Positions 49,768 through 61,510 of a DNA stretch of 64,000 nt are shown here, in pieces. This stretch comes from Thermodesulfobacteriota bacterium. Its GTDB lineage: Bacteria > Desulfobacterota_D > UBA1144 > Nemesobacterales > Mycalebacteriaceae. How positions within the stretch are numbered: the stretch's first letter is position 1; each line of letters starts with the position of its first letter. Both the position numbers and the translations under genes were made by a program. A model generated the notes under the pieces. That model was given only the letters and a program-made list of their open reading frames with translations. It ran no database searches and was not told the origin of the DNA. The DNA lies in the NCBI GenBank assembly GCA_965198945.1, contig CBDAQI010000005.1:34459-98458 (forward strand). The letters run 5' to 3'.

Positions 49768-50525
49768 AGAACCGCGCCCGCAACCATAAATCCGACAACC
49801 TCACACATCTCTATCACCGCGCCGTGAACGTCTCCGTTGGGGGTTCCGAAAGCGCGTTTGAAAAAAATACAAAAAACAAAAGCCGCGGCGGAGACCGCAA
49901 TCGCAATCAAAATTCCCGGCAGTCCGCAAAGCAGCAGAGGTATTAGAAACGCCGGAATCGCCGCGCCCGCAAGAACCCCGCCGTCACCGTCGAAATTGAA
50001 CATGCTTCCGAGCCCTTTCGCGGCGGAGCCGTCATCCCCGGAAAAATGGGAAACAATAACCGAACCGAACCGCGACACGGCCGGAACCGCCACGACTGCA
50101 TCGGTAAAAGCGCCGGGAAAAACCGAACCGAGAGCAAAAATTTTTGCCGTAACCACGAAAACTATAGCCGCCGTTCCGAAGCTTCCGAGAGTCTTGTCTT
50201 TCATAACGGCGAGGGCTTTGTCCCTGTCTCCGAAGTAATTGAGAGCGTCAAAACAGTCTCCTGTGCCGTCAAGATGCAGACCGCGCGTTACAAGCGCAAG
50301 AGTTGCAATCGCAAACACGGCGAGCAGAAGACGCGATTCCACAAACGGTGACAAAAAAATGACCACGGCGGCACTGACAGCTCCCGCCACAAGACCCGCA
50401 ACCGGAAAAAACCTCATGGCTGCGCGTGCGGAGTCTTTCGTGATCCCGGCAGTGGAACCATCCGGGGCAAATATTGTAAGAAAGCGAACGGCGTTTCTTA
50501 CAGCTTCAAAGCGGTGAATTTCCAT
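49764..50525 (-). CDS. cobS: Adenosylcobinamide-GDP ribazoletransferase
   Basis: FLT, GLHLDG..D..D, MKD...G.FG and GD..GA..E motifs. Confidence 0.94.
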   Translation of the reverse strand: MEIHRFEAVRNAVRFLTIFAPDGSTAGITKDSARAAMRFFPVAGLVAGAVSAAVVIFLSPFVESRLLLAVFAIATLALVTRGLHLDGTGDCFDALNYFGDRDKALAVMKDKTLGSFGTAAIVFVVTAKIFALGSVFPGAFTDAVVAVPAVSRFGSVIVSHFSGDDGSAAKGLGSMFNFDGDGGVLAGAAIPAFLIPLLLCGLPGILIAIAVSAAAFVFCIFFKRAFGTPNGDVHGAVIEMCEVVGFMVAGAVL

Positions 50526-50576
50526 TTTGCAGAAGAATAACGAAAAGAAATGTCAATTGCGAAGTAAAATAGCCGC

Positions 50577-51632
50577 TCAAGCGCCGGAACGGCTGACACC
50601 GCCCTTTTCAAAAGTGGCCATGCCGTTGAAAAGTTTTACCGCAGCCTCAATAATGGAGATCATTATCAGGGCTCCGGTGCCTTCGCCCAGACGCATCCCA
50701 AGGTCAAGCGGGGCGGATGCGCCGAGAAAATCAAGGGTTTTACGGTGTCCCTTCTCCGCGCTTTTGTGCGAGAAGAAAAGATAATCCTTCACTGCGGGAG
50801 CTATTGCGCACGCAAGGCAGACGGCAGCCGTCACCACAAAACCGTCAACAACCACCGGAATCCGGCGTGCGGCAAGTCCTATCACCATGCCCGTTATCGC
50901 GCCTATCTCATAACCTCCAACCTTGCGCAGTATTTGAAATGCCCCGGGACGCTCACCGGAAAAGTGTTTTTCCAGAGCGCGTGAAACAACTGCGGTTTTA
51001 TTTTTCACGCCCCGGTTTCCGACCCCGGTGCCCGCGCCGACAATAGTTTGGGGAGCAACTCCGTAACATGCGCAAATCACCGCGGCGGCGGAAGTGGTGT
51101 TTGCTATTCCCATATCGCCCGGGGCGGCAATTTCATACCCTTTTTCGGCAAGTTCAAAAGCGGTCTCTATTCCCGCCTCAACGCTCATTATCGCATGGCG
51201 TTTTGTCATTGCGGCAGCGCGGGCAAAATTGCGTGTGCCCTTTGATATTTTTTTTGAAATAACACCGCAGTCTTCGGGAAAATCAAAATTTACTCCCACA
51301 TCAACGGTAAAAACATCCGCCCCCACATGGCGCGCGAGAACGTTCACTGCGGCTCCGCCGTTAATGAAGTTCCAAACCATCTGCGGAGTAACTTCCGGGG
51401 GAAATGCGCTCACACCCTCGGATGCGACCCCGTGGTCTGAGGCGAACACCACAACCGCTTTTTTCCTGACTCTCGGACGCAGTTTCCCTGAAACAGCCGC
51501 AACCCTGACCGCCGTGTCTTCAAGAAGTCCGAGGCTGCCGATAGGCTTTATAAGCGAGTCGCATCTCTCTAGCGCCTTTTTGTATATGGAGGAATCGGGG
51601 GGAACAATTGACGAAACGGTCGTTTTAATCAT
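50577..51632 (-). CDS. cobT: Nicotinate-nucleotide--dimethylbenzimidazole phosphoribosyltransferase
   Basis: KP.GSLG.LE, DHGV, GDMGIANTT and MRLGEGTGA motifs. Confidence 0.96.
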   Translation of the reverse strand: MIKTTVSSIVPPDSSIYKKALERCDSLIKPIGSLGLLEDTAVRVAAVSGKLRPRVRKKAVVVFASDHGVASEGVSAFPPEVTPQMVWNFINGGAAVNVLARHVGADVFTVDVGVNFDFPEDCGVISKKISKGTRNFARAAAMTKRHAIMSVEAGIETAFELAEKGYEIAAPGDMGIANTTSAAAVICACYGVAPQTIVGAGTGVGNRGVKNKTAVVSRALEKHFSGERPGAFQILRKVGGYEIGAITGMVIGLAARRIPVVVDGFVVTAAVCLACAIAPAVKDYLFFSHKSAEKGHRKTLDFLGASAPLDLGMRLGEGTGALIMISIIEAAVKLFNGMATFEKGGVSRSGA

Positions 51633-51710
51633 ATCCGTGCAAACTTAAACGCACTCCGGAAAAAATCAACCGCAAGATGATGAAAACGTTTTAATCACAC
51701 CCATACAAAC

Positions 51711-52601
51711 TTAAGTGCTCTTCGGTGAAGAGCCGGAGGCGGCGGAAGCAACCTTGTATACGGCGAACACAATAGCCGCGATGACAACGGTTTGAGGCAG
51801 AAAAGACTCATATGTCGGGTATATGCCCAGAGCGCTGAGATGCGGAACGAAATCCGCCACAGTTTCAGATATTACGCCCGCTTCCTGAAGTTCGTGAACC
51901 CCCTTTCCTATGAGCATAAAACTAAGCGCGTAAAGAGAAAGCCCGGTAATTGAGAAAAGGTATTTTATCGGCAGACGCACGGAAAGTTTGAACAAGGCAA
52001 TTGACAAAACGGCTACAACTACGGTGCCGACAACAAAACCCCACAAAACCGCCCCGGCGGAAGACCCCGCCTGAAAAATAAGAGCCTGATAAAAAAGCAC
52101 GGTTTCAAGCGCCTCGCGGTAAACCGCAAGAAATGCGACAAATGCCATCGCCGCCGCGCTCTTTCCGACCGCCAGCTTTACCTTGGATTCTATGTATTCC
52201 TTCCACTTTTCCACTTCCACTTTTGAGATAAGCCAGTAGCTTACGTAAAAAAGCACCGCAGCCGCAAGCAGCGATGTCACCCCTTCTATCATCTCCGCCT
52301 GAGCGCCCGAAATTCTTACCAACGTGGAGCTAACCCACCATGTTGCAAACCCCGCGACAATAGCCGCCATCCATCCGATATGCACAAACTTGACGGATTT
52401 TTTCTCATTCATGGCCGAAAGAGCCGCGATCATTGCGGCGATTATGAGAAAGGCTTCAAGAGACTCACGGACAATGATGGAAAGCGAACTGGAAAACGCA
52501 ACCGTTCCCGTAAGAGAAACAGCCGAAGAGGAATCCGCAAAAGCCGCTCCGTGTGAAGAGGCGAAAACCAAGGCAAAAATATACAGCACTCTTTTAGTCA
52601 A
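51711..52601 (-). CDS. FTR1-family iron permease
   Basis: Two RExxE motifs (RESLEA, REALET). Likely TTG start at 52601, because the longer ORF start overlaps a TTGACA-N16-TATTAT promoter. Confidence 0.88.
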   Translation of the reverse strand: MTKRVLYIFALVFASSHGAAFADSSSAVSLTGTVAFSSSLSIIVRESLEAFLIIAAMIAALSAMNEKKSVKFVHIGWMAAIVAGFATWWVSSTLVRISGAQAEMIEGVTSLLAAAVLFYVSYWLISKVEVEKWKEYIESKVKLAVGKSAAAMAFVAFLAVYREALETVLFYQALIFQAGSSAGAVLWGFVVGTVVVAVLSIALFKLSVRLPIKYLFSITGLSLYALSFMLIGKGVHELQEAGVISETVADFVPHLSALGIYPTYESFLPQTVVIAAIVFAVYKVASAASGSSPKST

Positions 52602-52735
52602 AACAATAATCTCCCCGACCGGAATTTTTGATCCGTAATCGGGGTCTGATAATATATTGGAGACTTCAAATGTCAAGAACTTTTTCGCAATCCGGCTTTT
52701 GAAAAAGAATCGGGTTTTAATTATGTTTAACCGCT

Positions 52736-54565
52736 GTGAAACGCTTCGGAAAAACGGAAAATCCGGGAAAAAACTTCTCCGGGATATTCCCTGAAGTTTC
52801 CGCCGGACAGTGGAAACTTAACATAGAGAAAGAACTCAGGGGGGGAGACTATGAAAAGCTTGTCTGGAAACCCGGAGACGGCATTTCAGTCAACCCTTTC
52901 TATTGCGAAGAAGACACCGGGGATTTGAGTCTTTCACCGGCCCCCGCGCCGGGCAGATTCCCTTTCACCCGTGCGGAGGCGGAATGGAAGGTGTGCGAGG
53001 ACATTCCGCCGGTTTCGGCAACGCGCGCCGCAAATCTCGCCCGGGATGCGGAGAAAGGCGGAGCGGACTGGATTATGTTCAGAGGGGCGAAGATCAAAAC
53101 CCGGAGTGATTTGTCAAAACTTCTCTCAAAAACCGACCTTTCAAAAACCGGCGTCTGTTTTGATGACCGTTGCGGCGGAGCCGCACAGTTGAAGCTGTTT
53201 GCGGAATTTGCGGAAAAATCAGGCGCTGAAAAACCGCAAGGGTTTTTTCTGTGCGACCCCGTCGGGTGCGGCGGAGGGAAAAGCGAAATAAAACGGCTCG
53301 CACGGCTGCTGCCGCGCTTTGAAAAATCTCTTCCGGAATACGGCCTGATCGGGGTCTGCGGCTCAAACTTTCACAATTCGGGCGCGACCCCCGTTGAAGA
53401 AGCGGCGTTCTCGCTTGCGCTTGGGGCTGAATACCTTTTCATGCTTGGCAACCTCGGAGTCCCGGTTGGCGCCGCCGCAAAAGCGATCGTTTTTCATTTT
53501 TCGGTCGGCTCTCTTTTCTTTGTGGAAATTGCAAAACTGCGCGCCGTGCGCGCCGTTTGGGCGCACATAGTGGAACGTTTTGACAAATCTGCAGGGGGAA
53601 AGATGAAAATTCACGCCTCCTCATCCATGGTGAACAAGCCCGTTTGCGACCCCGAAGTCAACATACTGAGGGCGACCGGTGAAGCGATGGCGGCGATTTC
53701 AGGCGGGTGCGACTCTCTTTCAATAACGGCCTTTGACGGAAGATTCCAAACCTCGGCAAAGTCACAAACGGTGGCGAGAAACACCCAGCTCATACTCAAA
53801 GAAGAGTGCAAGCTTGACAGAGTTGCCGACCCGTGCGCGGGATCCTACTACACCGATACGATGACTGACAAGTTCGCGGACGCGGCCTTGAGTTTTTTTC
53901 TTGAGATTGAAAAGCGGGGCGGATTTCTCAAGTGCTTATCCGAAGGATTTATTGCAGAGCGTCTTGAGCGCAGCGCACGGGAGAGAGCGGAAAGAATTGC
54001 CGCGGGCCGGGAAACGCTGATAGGAGTGAACAAATACCCTATTGAGAATGAGCGTCTGTCAGAAAGGTTAAAGACGGAAAAACCGGGCGGCGCGGCAAGA
54101 GATTTTGAGCGCATCAGGGCTGAAACTGAAAAACATGCCCGTGAAAGCGGAAAAGCCCTCTCCGTTTTTCTGGTGCAGACCGGAGACCCCGCCATGCGCA
54201 GCGCAAGGGCCGTGTTTGTGAGAAATTTTTTCGCGGCGGCGGGATTTGAAATCAGAGACGGCGGTGTTTTCAACACACCTGCACGCGGCGCGGCGCGGGC
54301 GGCTGAAAGCGGGGCTGACATTTTCGTGCTGTGTTCGGAAAACGCGGCATACCCGAGCTTCTCACCGCCTTTTATGAGGGCTCTCAAAAAGAGAATAAAA
54401 AATCCGGTTGTTGTTATTGCGGGCAAACTTGACGAGGAAAGCGGCCGTAAATGCTCCGAAGCCGGGGTGTTTGAATTCGTGCATGCCGGTTCAAATATTC
54501 TCAAAACGCTGAAAAAAATGCAAAAAGCGGCGGGGGCAGGCAAAAGAGACGGGAGAGCAAAGTGA
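52736..54565 (+). CDS. mutA: Methylmalonyl-CoA mutase small subunit
   Basis: [21 protein letters not shown] and GVNKYP. Lacks the DxHxxG motif. Confidence 0.9.
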   Translation: MKRFGKTENPGKNFSGIFPEVSAGQWKLNIEKELRGGDYEKLVWKPGDGISVNPFYCEEDTGDLSLSPAPAPGRFPFTRAEAEWKVCEDIPPVSATRAANLARDAEKGGADWIMFRGAKIKTRSDLSKLLSKTDLSKTGVCFDDRCGGAAQLKLFAEFAEKSGAEKPQGFFLCDPVGCGGGKSEIKRLARLLPRFEKSLPEYGLIGVCGSNFHNSGATPVEEAAFSLALGAEYLFMLGNLGVPVGAAAKAIVFHFSVGSLFFVEIAKLRAVRAVWAHIVERFDKSAGGKMKIHASSSMVNKPVCDPEVNILRATGEAMAAISGGCDSLSITAFDGRFQTSAKSQTVARNTQLILKEECKLDRVADPCAGSYYTDTMTDKFADAALSFFLEIEKRGGFLKCLSEGFIAERLERSARERAERIAAGRETLIGVNKYPIENERLSERLKTEKPGGAARDFERIRAETEKHARESGKALSVFLVQTGDPAMRSARAVFVRNFFAAAGFEIRDGGVFNTPARGAARAAESGADIFVLCSENAAYPSFSPPFMRALKKRIKNPVVVIAGKLDEESGRKCSEAGVFEFVHAGSNILKTLKKMQKAAGAGKRDGRAK

Positions 54566-56715
54566 AACGCCCGGACTTTTCATCAATCAGACTGCGGAAC
54601 AAAAAAGGGGCGGTAAAAACTCCTGAGAGTTCAGTGTGGCAAACCCCTGAGGGGATCGCGGTTAAAAACATCTTCACCGGCAGAGACACTGACGGTCTTG
54701 AACATATGCGCGGAGCCGCCGCCGGAGAACCGCCTTTTCTGAGAGGCCCTTATTCCACGATGTATGCGGTGCGTCCCTGGACGGTGAGACAGTATGCGGG
54801 ATTTTCAACGGCCGAAGAGTCAAACAGGTTTTACAGAAAAAACCTCGCCGCGGGGCAGAAGGGGCTTTCGGTCGCGTTTGATTTGCCCACGCACAGGGGG
54901 TATGACTCCGACCATGAGAGGGTGGTTGGCGATGTGGGCAAAGCCGGGGTCGCGGTTGACTCCGTGCTTGACATGAAAAAACTTTTTGACGGCATACCGC
55001 TTGATGAAATATCGGTTTCAATGACGATGAACGGGGCGGTTCTGCCGGTGATGGCCTTCTACATAGTCGCCGCGAGAGAGCAGGGAGTGGGCGAAAAAAC
55101 TCTGAGCGGCACAATTCAGAATGACATACTGAAAGAGTTCATGGTCAGAAACACCTACATCTATCCCCCCGGATTCTCAATGAGAATCATCTCCGACATT
55201 TTCAAATACACATCAAAGAACATGCCGAGGTTCAACTCAATAAGCGTAAGCGGCTACCATATGCAGGAGGCGGGAGCCACCGCCGACATTGAACTCGCCT
55301 ACACTCTCGCGGACGGCCTTGAATATGTTCGTGCGGGAATCCGGGCCGGACTGAAAATTGACGACTTCGCGCCCAGAATATCGTTTTTCTGGGGAATCGG
55401 GATGAATCATTTTATGGAAATCGCAAAGATGAGGGCCGCAAGAATGCTGTGGGCGAAACTCATAAGCGAATTCAAGCCGGGAAATCCTAAATCGCTGGCT
55501 CTCAGAACCCACTGCCAGACTTCGGGATGGAGCCTGACCGAACAGTTCCCCTACAACAATATCGTGCGCACCTGCACGGAGGCAATGGTGGCGGTCATGG
55601 GCGGAACGCAGTCTCTTCACACAAACGCGCTTGACGAGGCGATAGCGCTTCCGACTGATTTCTCCGCGAGAATAGCCCGCAACACCCAGCTTTACATAAG
55701 GGAGGAAACGGGTGTGTGCAAGGCCATAGACCCGTGGGGCGGCTCATTCTACGTTGAGAGTCTGACAGACTCCATAGCACGAAGGGCGTGGGAGCTGATT
55801 GAAGAAGTTGAGAAACTCGGAGGAATGGCCGCGGCTATTGAAACCGGCCTTCCGAAGATGAGAATAGAGGAAGCTGCGGCGAAAAAACAGGCGGCCATAG
55901 ACTCGCGCCGTGAAACCATAGTGGGAGTTAACAGGTTTGTTCAAAGCGACGACGGACAGATGGAAGTGCTTGAAATTGACAACACTGCGGTGAGAAAGTC
56001 ACAGATAAGAAGCCTTGCCAAAATCAGAAGAGAGCGTGACTCGGAAAAGGTCATGGCGGCGCTTGAAAAAATTACAAAATGCGCAAAAACCGGAAAGGGA
56101 AACCTTCTCGCTCTCGCAGTGGAGGCGGCCGCCCTGAGGGCGACGCTCGGAGAAATTTCATATGCATGTGAGAGGGTCTGCGGCCGCTACAAACCGGTCA
56201 CGCGGACAATATCGGGCGTCTATTCGTCTGAAATCACCGAAGACCAGAGATTTGTTGAGGCTCGGCGTCTGACCGAAAAGTTTGAGAAAATTGACGGCAG
56301 GAGACCCAGAATTCTGATTGCAAAAGCCGGGCAGGACGGTCATGACAGGGGAGCAAAGGTAATTGCGACAAGTTTTTCAGACATGGGGTTTGAGGTTGAA
56401 ATCGGACCTCTTTTCAGCACGCCCGATGAAGTGGCAAGGCTTGCGGTTGATGAAGACGCCCACATAGTGGGCATATCAAGCCTCGCCGCGGGTCACAAGA
56501 CCCTGATCCCGCGCGTGGTGTCAAAACTGAAAGAATATAAACGCGAAGACATAATTGTGGTGGCCGGGGGCGTGATACCGAGAAAAGACTACGGTTTTCT
56601 GACTGAATCAGGGGTGTCGCACATATTCGGTCCCGGAACGGTCATCTCAGCGGCGGCGGCGGAAATAATGAAATCTCTTCTCCGGAAAAGTGAAGAGGCT
56701 CAGGAAAGTGCTTAA
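54562..56715 (+). CDS. mutB: Methylmalonyl-CoA mutase large subunit
   Basis: [21 protein letters not shown] and GQDGHDRG motifs. Confidence 0.97.
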   Translation: MKRPDFSSIRLRNKKGAVKTPESSVWQTPEGIAVKNIFTGRDTDGLEHMRGAAAGEPPFLRGPYSTMYAVRPWTVRQYAGFSTAEESNRFYRKNLAAGQKGLSVAFDLPTHRGYDSDHERVVGDVGKAGVAVDSVLDMKKLFDGIPLDEISVSMTMNGAVLPVMAFYIVAAREQGVGEKTLSGTIQNDILKEFMVRNTYIYPPGFSMRIISDIFKYTSKNMPRFNSISVSGYHMQEAGATADIELAYTLADGLEYVRAGIRAGLKIDDFAPRISFFWGIGMNHFMEIAKMRAARMLWAKLISEFKPGNPKSLALRTHCQTSGWSLTEQFPYNNIVRTCTEAMVAVMGGTQSLHTNALDEAIALPTDFSARIARNTQLYIREETGVCKAIDPWGGSFYVESLTDSIARRAWELIEEVEKLGGMAAAIETGLPKMRIEEAAAKKQAAIDSRRETIVGVNRFVQSDDGQMEVLEIDNTAVRKSQIRSLAKIRRERDSEKVMAALEKITKCAKTGKGNLLALAVEAAALRATLGEISYACERVCGRYKPVTRTISGVYSSEITEDQRFVEARRLTEKFEKIDGRRPRILIAKAGQDGHDRGAKVIATSFSDMGFEVEIGPLFSTPDEVARLAVDEDAHIVGISSLAAGHKTLIPRVVSKLKEYKREDIIVVAGGVIPRKDYGFLTESGVSHIFGPGTVISAAAAEIMKSLLRKSEEAQESA

Positions 56716-57154
56716 AAAAGTCCGCATGGAAGACATTGACTCAATTTTCAATATGGAAGAGATGTGCTTCGGGCCCGACGCCTGGCCCCGGAAGGCTTTT
56801 GAAGATGAGCTGTCCGGCAATTTTGCGCGCACCTCGGCGGTCATAAGAGACGGAACGGGAAACGTAATCGCCTACCGGATTTCCCGGACTTTCATGGATG
56901 AGACGGAAATTCTGAAACTTGCGGTTCACCCTCTCCATAGAAGAAAAGGACTTGCGAAACTGCTTCTGCGTGACGCTCTAAACTCCGTGCGGGGAACCGT
57001 ACTGCTTGAGGTCGCTTCCGACAACAAAGAAGCCATCATGCTTTATTCGGGCATGGGATTCAAAAAACTTGCCGTCCGGAAAAACTACTACCGGGGCAGC
57101 GGGCGCGACGCGTTTGTCATGGCGGCCGAAGCAAGTGAAAAATGCGAAACATAG
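56690..57154 (+). CDS. rimI: RimI-like GNAT acetyltransferase
   Basis: LAVHP..RRKG.A, LEV..DN..A..LY...GF and RKNYY motifs. The start may be GTG 56708. Confidence 0.85.
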   Translation: MKRLRKVLKKVRMEDIDSIFNMEEMCFGPDAWPRKAFEDELSGNFARTSAVIRDGTGNVIAYRISRTFMDETEILKLAVHPLHRRKGLAKLLLRDALNSVRGTVLLEVASDNKEAIMLYSGMGFKKLAVRKNYYRGSGRDAFVMAAEASEKCET

Positions 57155-58965
57155 CCCGGAGCGCAAGCGGTTGGCTAATCTGGGTTGTGGCCGCTTTTGC
57201 CGTGTATATGTCGTTTGCCGGCCTGGGCAATGTGAAGTTCTGGGACGACGAAGTTGAAACGGCCTGGATGTCAAAATCCATAGTTGAAAACGGGAGGCCG
57301 TTCGCATGGGACGGGCGGAACATCCATGACTACGGAGCGGGGCTGTATTTGAATGAGAGTGTTGAGAACACTTTTCCGCCCGCAAGCCTTTTGACGGGCG
57401 CGCTGTCTTTCAAAATATTCGGAATCTCCGAGATGGGAGGCAGGGCGCTTTTCGCCCTTATGGGGGTTGCGTGTCTGGGTGTTTTTCTTGCTCTGCTGAG
57501 GCTTGAAACACCACGAAACGATTTACGGCTGGCGGCTTTTTCAATTTTTTCTCTCTCGCCGGTCTACCTGCTCCATATCCGGCAGATGCGCTACTACGCT
57601 CCGGCACTTCTGTTCACGGTTCTCGCTTTCTGGCTTTACCGTCTTTATATCAAGCGGCACCGCGACCGGAATATATTCCCATGGAGCATATGGGCGGCGG
57701 CGGCTTGTGCGGGGCTGCTTTTTTTCACGCATTTTGTGGCCGCGCTGTCTTTCATTACAGCTCTGGGAATATGCCATCTGATTTTTCACGCCGAATGGAG
57801 AAAACCCGAATGGCATCTTTGGTTTTTAATAGCCGTGCTTGCGGCCGTTTGCGTGTCTTATCTTTTCGCATCGGGCTACATAACGCCCGATTTTGAGGTC
57901 AGAACAAATGTTTTTTCAATCTACTACCAGGAGCAGAGCAGACTTTCACGAATTTCATCCCTGCTGCCCCTTTATCTGAGGTTTATAAACATAGGCGGGC
58001 TCGCACCCTGGTTCGTGGTTTTGTGGGTTGTGTGGATTGCGGTGAAAAGATTTGCCCGCAGAAGCGGTGAAGATGAGCGAATTGCCCTTTTTTATGGTGC
58101 GCTTGGCCTCACAACGGTCGCTGTGTGCGCTGTTCTTTCACCGCAGCAGGAATATGATCAATACGCCGCCACGCGCTTTTTCTTCAATGCTTTTCCTTTT
58201 TTCGCGGTCGCAACGGCGTCCTTCTGCCTTAAGACGCTTTCAAAATCCCGTACCGCGGGAATAGTTCTTATTTTCCTCATTTTGAATACAACCCTGTTCA
58301 CTTTCCCGTTCGGCATACAGAACTTCCCTCCTCTGAACAGGCCCTACCGCCTGAGCGACCTGCCCGTTCCCGTGAGCAAAAGCGTGAACATATTTTCTTT
58401 TGAGAACACTTACACACAGTGGACGCTTCCCGGAATGATTCGGGAGTTTCACGGCAAATATCCGACTTTTATTGATGAAATGACCGCGTTTTTTGAAAAA
58501 AACGGCGAAAAAAACCAGATAATAAGCGTGCTTCCCACCTGGTCACACTACAACACAATGTGGTATCTGGGCGAAAAGTTTTTCTTTTGCTGCACTTACG
58601 GAAGAGATTACCATTTGTCCGATGAAATTTTACGCAAATACGGCGTACAAATCAGAACGGCCGCGCAATACGTTCCGGACTGGGTGGTGGTCGTGGGGCC
58701 CGCTGAAAAAAGAACACCCGGGCGCATACTGGCCGTTGAAATGACGGGCAGTTTTGCCGTGGGAGCCCGCGCCCGTTTCAGTTTCGGAGGCGAAACAAAC
58801 TATTACACGATTGTAAAGAAATTTAACGGTCTTTCCTTTCCGGTCTGGAGACCGGAGCTTTTCTGGCACTCTTTCAGCCCGGTGAGCGTGTCAGGAGACC
58901 TTCGCAGGGGAGGCGTTCTGATCTTCAAAAAAGAACAGCCGGCTGGACGGTCTCTGACTCAGTGA
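57142..58965 (+). CDS. GT-C fold membrane glycosyltransferase (ArnT/PMT-like)
   Basis: N-terminal TM then WDDE, FG.SE...R and R..RYY; many TM helices. Confidence 0.75.
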   Translation: MRNIARSASGWLIWVVAAFAVYMSFAGLGNVKFWDDEVETAWMSKSIVENGRPFAWDGRNIHDYGAGLYLNESVENTFPPASLLTGALSFKIFGISEMGGRALFALMGVACLGVFLALLRLETPRNDLRLAAFSIFSLSPVYLLHIRQMRYYAPALLFTVLAFWLYRLYIKRHRDRNIFPWSIWAAAACAGLLFFTHFVAALSFITALGICHLIFHAEWRKPEWHLWFLIAVLAAVCVSYLFASGYITPDFEVRTNVFSIYYQEQSRLSRISSLLPLYLRFINIGGLAPWFVVLWVVWIAVKRFARRSGEDERIALFYGALGLTTVAVCAVLSPQQEYDQYAATRFFFNAFPFFAVATASFCLKTLSKSRTAGIVLIFLILNTTLFTFPFGIQNFPPLNRPYRLSDLPVPVSKSVNIFSFENTYTQWTLPGMIREFHGKYPTFIDEMTAFFEKNGEKNQIISVLPTWSHYNTMWYLGEKFFFCCTYGRDYHLSDEILRKYGVQIRTAAQYVPDWVVVVGPAEKRTPGRILAVEMTGSFAVGARARFSFGGETNYYTIVKKFNGLSFPVWRPELFWHSFSPVSVSGDLRRGGVLIFKKEQPAGRSLTQ

Positions 58966-59963
58966 CTTCTCTCGGCGACGAAATCGGCAAGCGTAATCAG
59001 AGACTGTTTGTAGCACCCGTCGGGGAAAAAAGAGAGCGCCTTTTTCGCTTTTGTTATGTGGCTTTTAGCCTCTTCAAAAGTGTCTTCCACGCCGCGGTAG
59101 TCTGCGACAAAGCTTTTTATCGGAACCGTGCCGTCATCTTCGGGCTCAAATGAGCGCAGAAATTTTTCAAAATCCGTCCGAACCGTCAGAGGAGCGTTTG
59201 AAATTGCTTTGAGAAGAGGCAGCGTCATTTTAGCGTCCTTTATGTCAAGACCCGTGTCTTTGCCGAGATGTTTCTCCGAAGAACAGTAGTCAAGCGCGTC
59301 ATCGGTGAGTTGAAAAGCCATGCCGAGATTGAGACCGTAGCCGCGCAGGGCTTCGGTCTCACTGTTTTCCGAGCCCGCAAGAATAGCTCCCATAACCGCG
59401 CACCCCTCAATCAGAGAGGCGGTTTTTTCCCGGATTATAAGCATGCACGCGCCCTCATCCACCTCCATCATTTTCTTTTTGCCCATAATTTCCATCATGA
59501 CGCCTTCAATAACCCTCTTTGCGGCTGCGCAGTAGATCCGGGCGATACGATGGTCTCCGCATGAAAGTATCAGGTTCAGAGCGCGTATGAGAAGCACATC
59601 ACCCGCAATAACCGAGCATTTGTTTCCCCACACGCCGTTTGAAGATGTGCGCCCTCTTCTCATTGAGGCGTTGTCAACAACATCATCGTGAAGAAGCGAG
59701 GCTATGTGTGTGAGCTCCATTGCGGCGGCGCTCGCTATTCTGTTTTTGCCGCTGTCCAGACCGCAGAGACCGCTTGAAAGCAAAAGCACGGACGGACGCA
59801 GCCGCTTGCCTCCGCCGCCGACTATGTATGAAGATATTGTGCGCACAAGGTCCACGGAAGAGTCGCAGTTTTTCTCAAGTTCCTCTTCAACAAGGCGCAT
59901 GTCATCCACTATGATAGAATAAGTTGCCGCTCGGGTCTGCATCGGTCTGGTTATTATCTTCAT
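58959..59963 (-). CDS. Polyprenyl diphosphate synthase (IspB-like)
   Basis: GGKRLRP, LLHDDVVD...RRG, KTA and FQL.DD.LD motifs. Confidence 0.93.
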   Translation of the reverse strand: MKIITRPMQTRAATYSIIVDDMRLVEEELEKNCDSSVDLVRTISSYIVGGGGKRLRPSVLLLSSGLCGLDSGKNRIASAAAMELTHIASLLHDDVVDNASMRRGRTSSNGVWGNKCSVIAGDVLLIRALNLILSCGDHRIARIYCAAAKRVIEGVMMEIMGKKKMMEVDEGACMLIIREKTASLIEGCAVMGAILAGSENSETEALRGYGLNLGMAFQLTDDALDYCSSEKHLGKDTGLDIKDAKMTLPLLKAISNAPLTVRTDFEKFLRSFEPEDDGTVPIKSFVADYRGVEDTFEEAKSHITKAKKALSFFPDGCYKQSLITLADFVAERSH

Positions 59964-60037
59964 AAAAAACTTTCAAGTCAAAAATGCTATAATAGTACGG
60001 CTTTTGTGAGCCCTTTGCCTGGAGCGTCGGTGAACTT

Positions 60038-60499
60038 TTGAACTGGGTTGATATATTAATCGGAGGCTCATTTCTGATAGGTTTTGCCGCCGGAATCACG
60101 GGGCGCGGCATTCTCGGGCTCTCCCTGCCTTTCGCCGCGGCGGTGGTTTCCGCCGGAGTCGGTTATATTCTCGCGGGCGATTTGACCCGTGCGGGATTTG
60201 TCGGTAATAAGTGGGCTGCGGGGGCCGCGGTGTTTGTCGTTGTGTTCCTGGCGTTTCTAACATCGGGACGAATGCTGAAAAAAATTCCCGGCGCGAGAGG
60301 GCGTTTTCAGAGTGGCGGATGCGTGTATAAGCGCTCTTGTCATATCCGCCGCCGCGGTTCTTGCCGTGTCTGCGGCGGAGCGGGTGAGCGAAAACAGCAA
60401 AGGGGAGCGGAACAGTCGGTTCTTTACCCGAAAGCGGCCGCCGTGCTGAATGTCGCCGGTGAAAAATACGGCGATTTTCGTCCGTCGGAAGAAAAATGA
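60038..60499 (+). pseudogene. CvpA-family membrane protein, apparently frameshifted
   Basis: MNWVDILI N-terminus. The reading frame degenerates after about 60280. TGnTATAAT upstream. Confidence 0.55.
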
Positions 60500-61510
60500 A
60501 AATAACAACACTCAACAAACACATAATCTCCACTTTCGGAGTTGAACAATTCCACGGCGGGGTTTTTACAATTTTGAGAGAAATAGTTTTTGTTGCAAAA
60601 CTTATGCACAGAGAGATTAACAAGGCGGGAATCGTCCAGGACATTCTCGGCGGAACCGGAGAAAAAAAACTTTCACGGAGACCAGACTCAGAAACTGGAC
60701 ATTTTTGCAAATGAAAGGTTCATCTCAACTCTTGAAGCGGGCGGAGAGTGCTGCGGAATTGTGTCTGAAGAAAATGACGAAATGATCCGTCTCAGCGGAG
60801 AAAACTCTGAAAACGGCGAGTATGTTATCGCCCATAGACCCGCTTGACGGGTCTTCAAACATTGATGTTCAACGTTACGGTGGGTGTCATATTTTCCATA
60901 TATAAACGCAAATCACCCTGCCCGGGCCCGTGCGGTGAGAAGACTTTCTCAGGCCGGAAAAGAGCAGGCGGCGGCTGGGTATGTAATTTTCGGCTCTTCA
61001 ACAATGCTTGTATTCACCGCCGGCAGAGGCGTGGACGGGCTTCACCCTTGACCCTTCAATAGGAGAGTTCTGCCTTTTCCCATCCGCAAATTCAAATACC
61101 GGCTTCGGCCGGTTTCTACTCCGTAAATCAGGGTCTTCATTCACAGTTTCCGGCATGGGTGAAAAAATTTATTGAATACTGCGCCGAATATGCGCCGCAA
61201 CCGGAAGGCCTCATTCATGCAGGTATACCGGCTCAATGGTGGCCGATGTCACAGAAACATGCTCAAAGGGGGAATTTTCATGTATCCGCCAACACTCAAT
61301 CATCCGGGCGGAAAACTGCGTCTGCTTTACGAATGCAATCCTCTGTCATTCATAGTTGAGCAGGCGGGAGGCGCTTCAACCGACGGGAGGCCGGCGCATA
61401 CTTGACATTGAGGCTCATCAATACACCAGACCACTCCGATATTTGCGGGCTCAAGTAAAATGGTTGAGACGCTTCAAAAATACTTCGCCGGGGAACAAAA
61501 GCGGAAATGA
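60496..61510 (+). pseudogene. fbp: Class 1 fructose-1,6-bisphosphatase, multiply frameshifted (likely sequence errors)
   Basis: QKLD, SEE, DPLDGSSNID, GFTLDPSIGEF and [11 protein letters not shown] lie in different frames. Confidence 0.9.

Noticed and set aside
51633..51710. Cobalamin riboswitch upstream of cobT
   Set aside because: The intergenic region is too short and has no B12-box-like sequence.
60496..61510. Programmed frameshifting or phase variation in fbp
   Set aside because: There are too many independent indels across all neighbouring genes; sequencing error is the simpler explanation.
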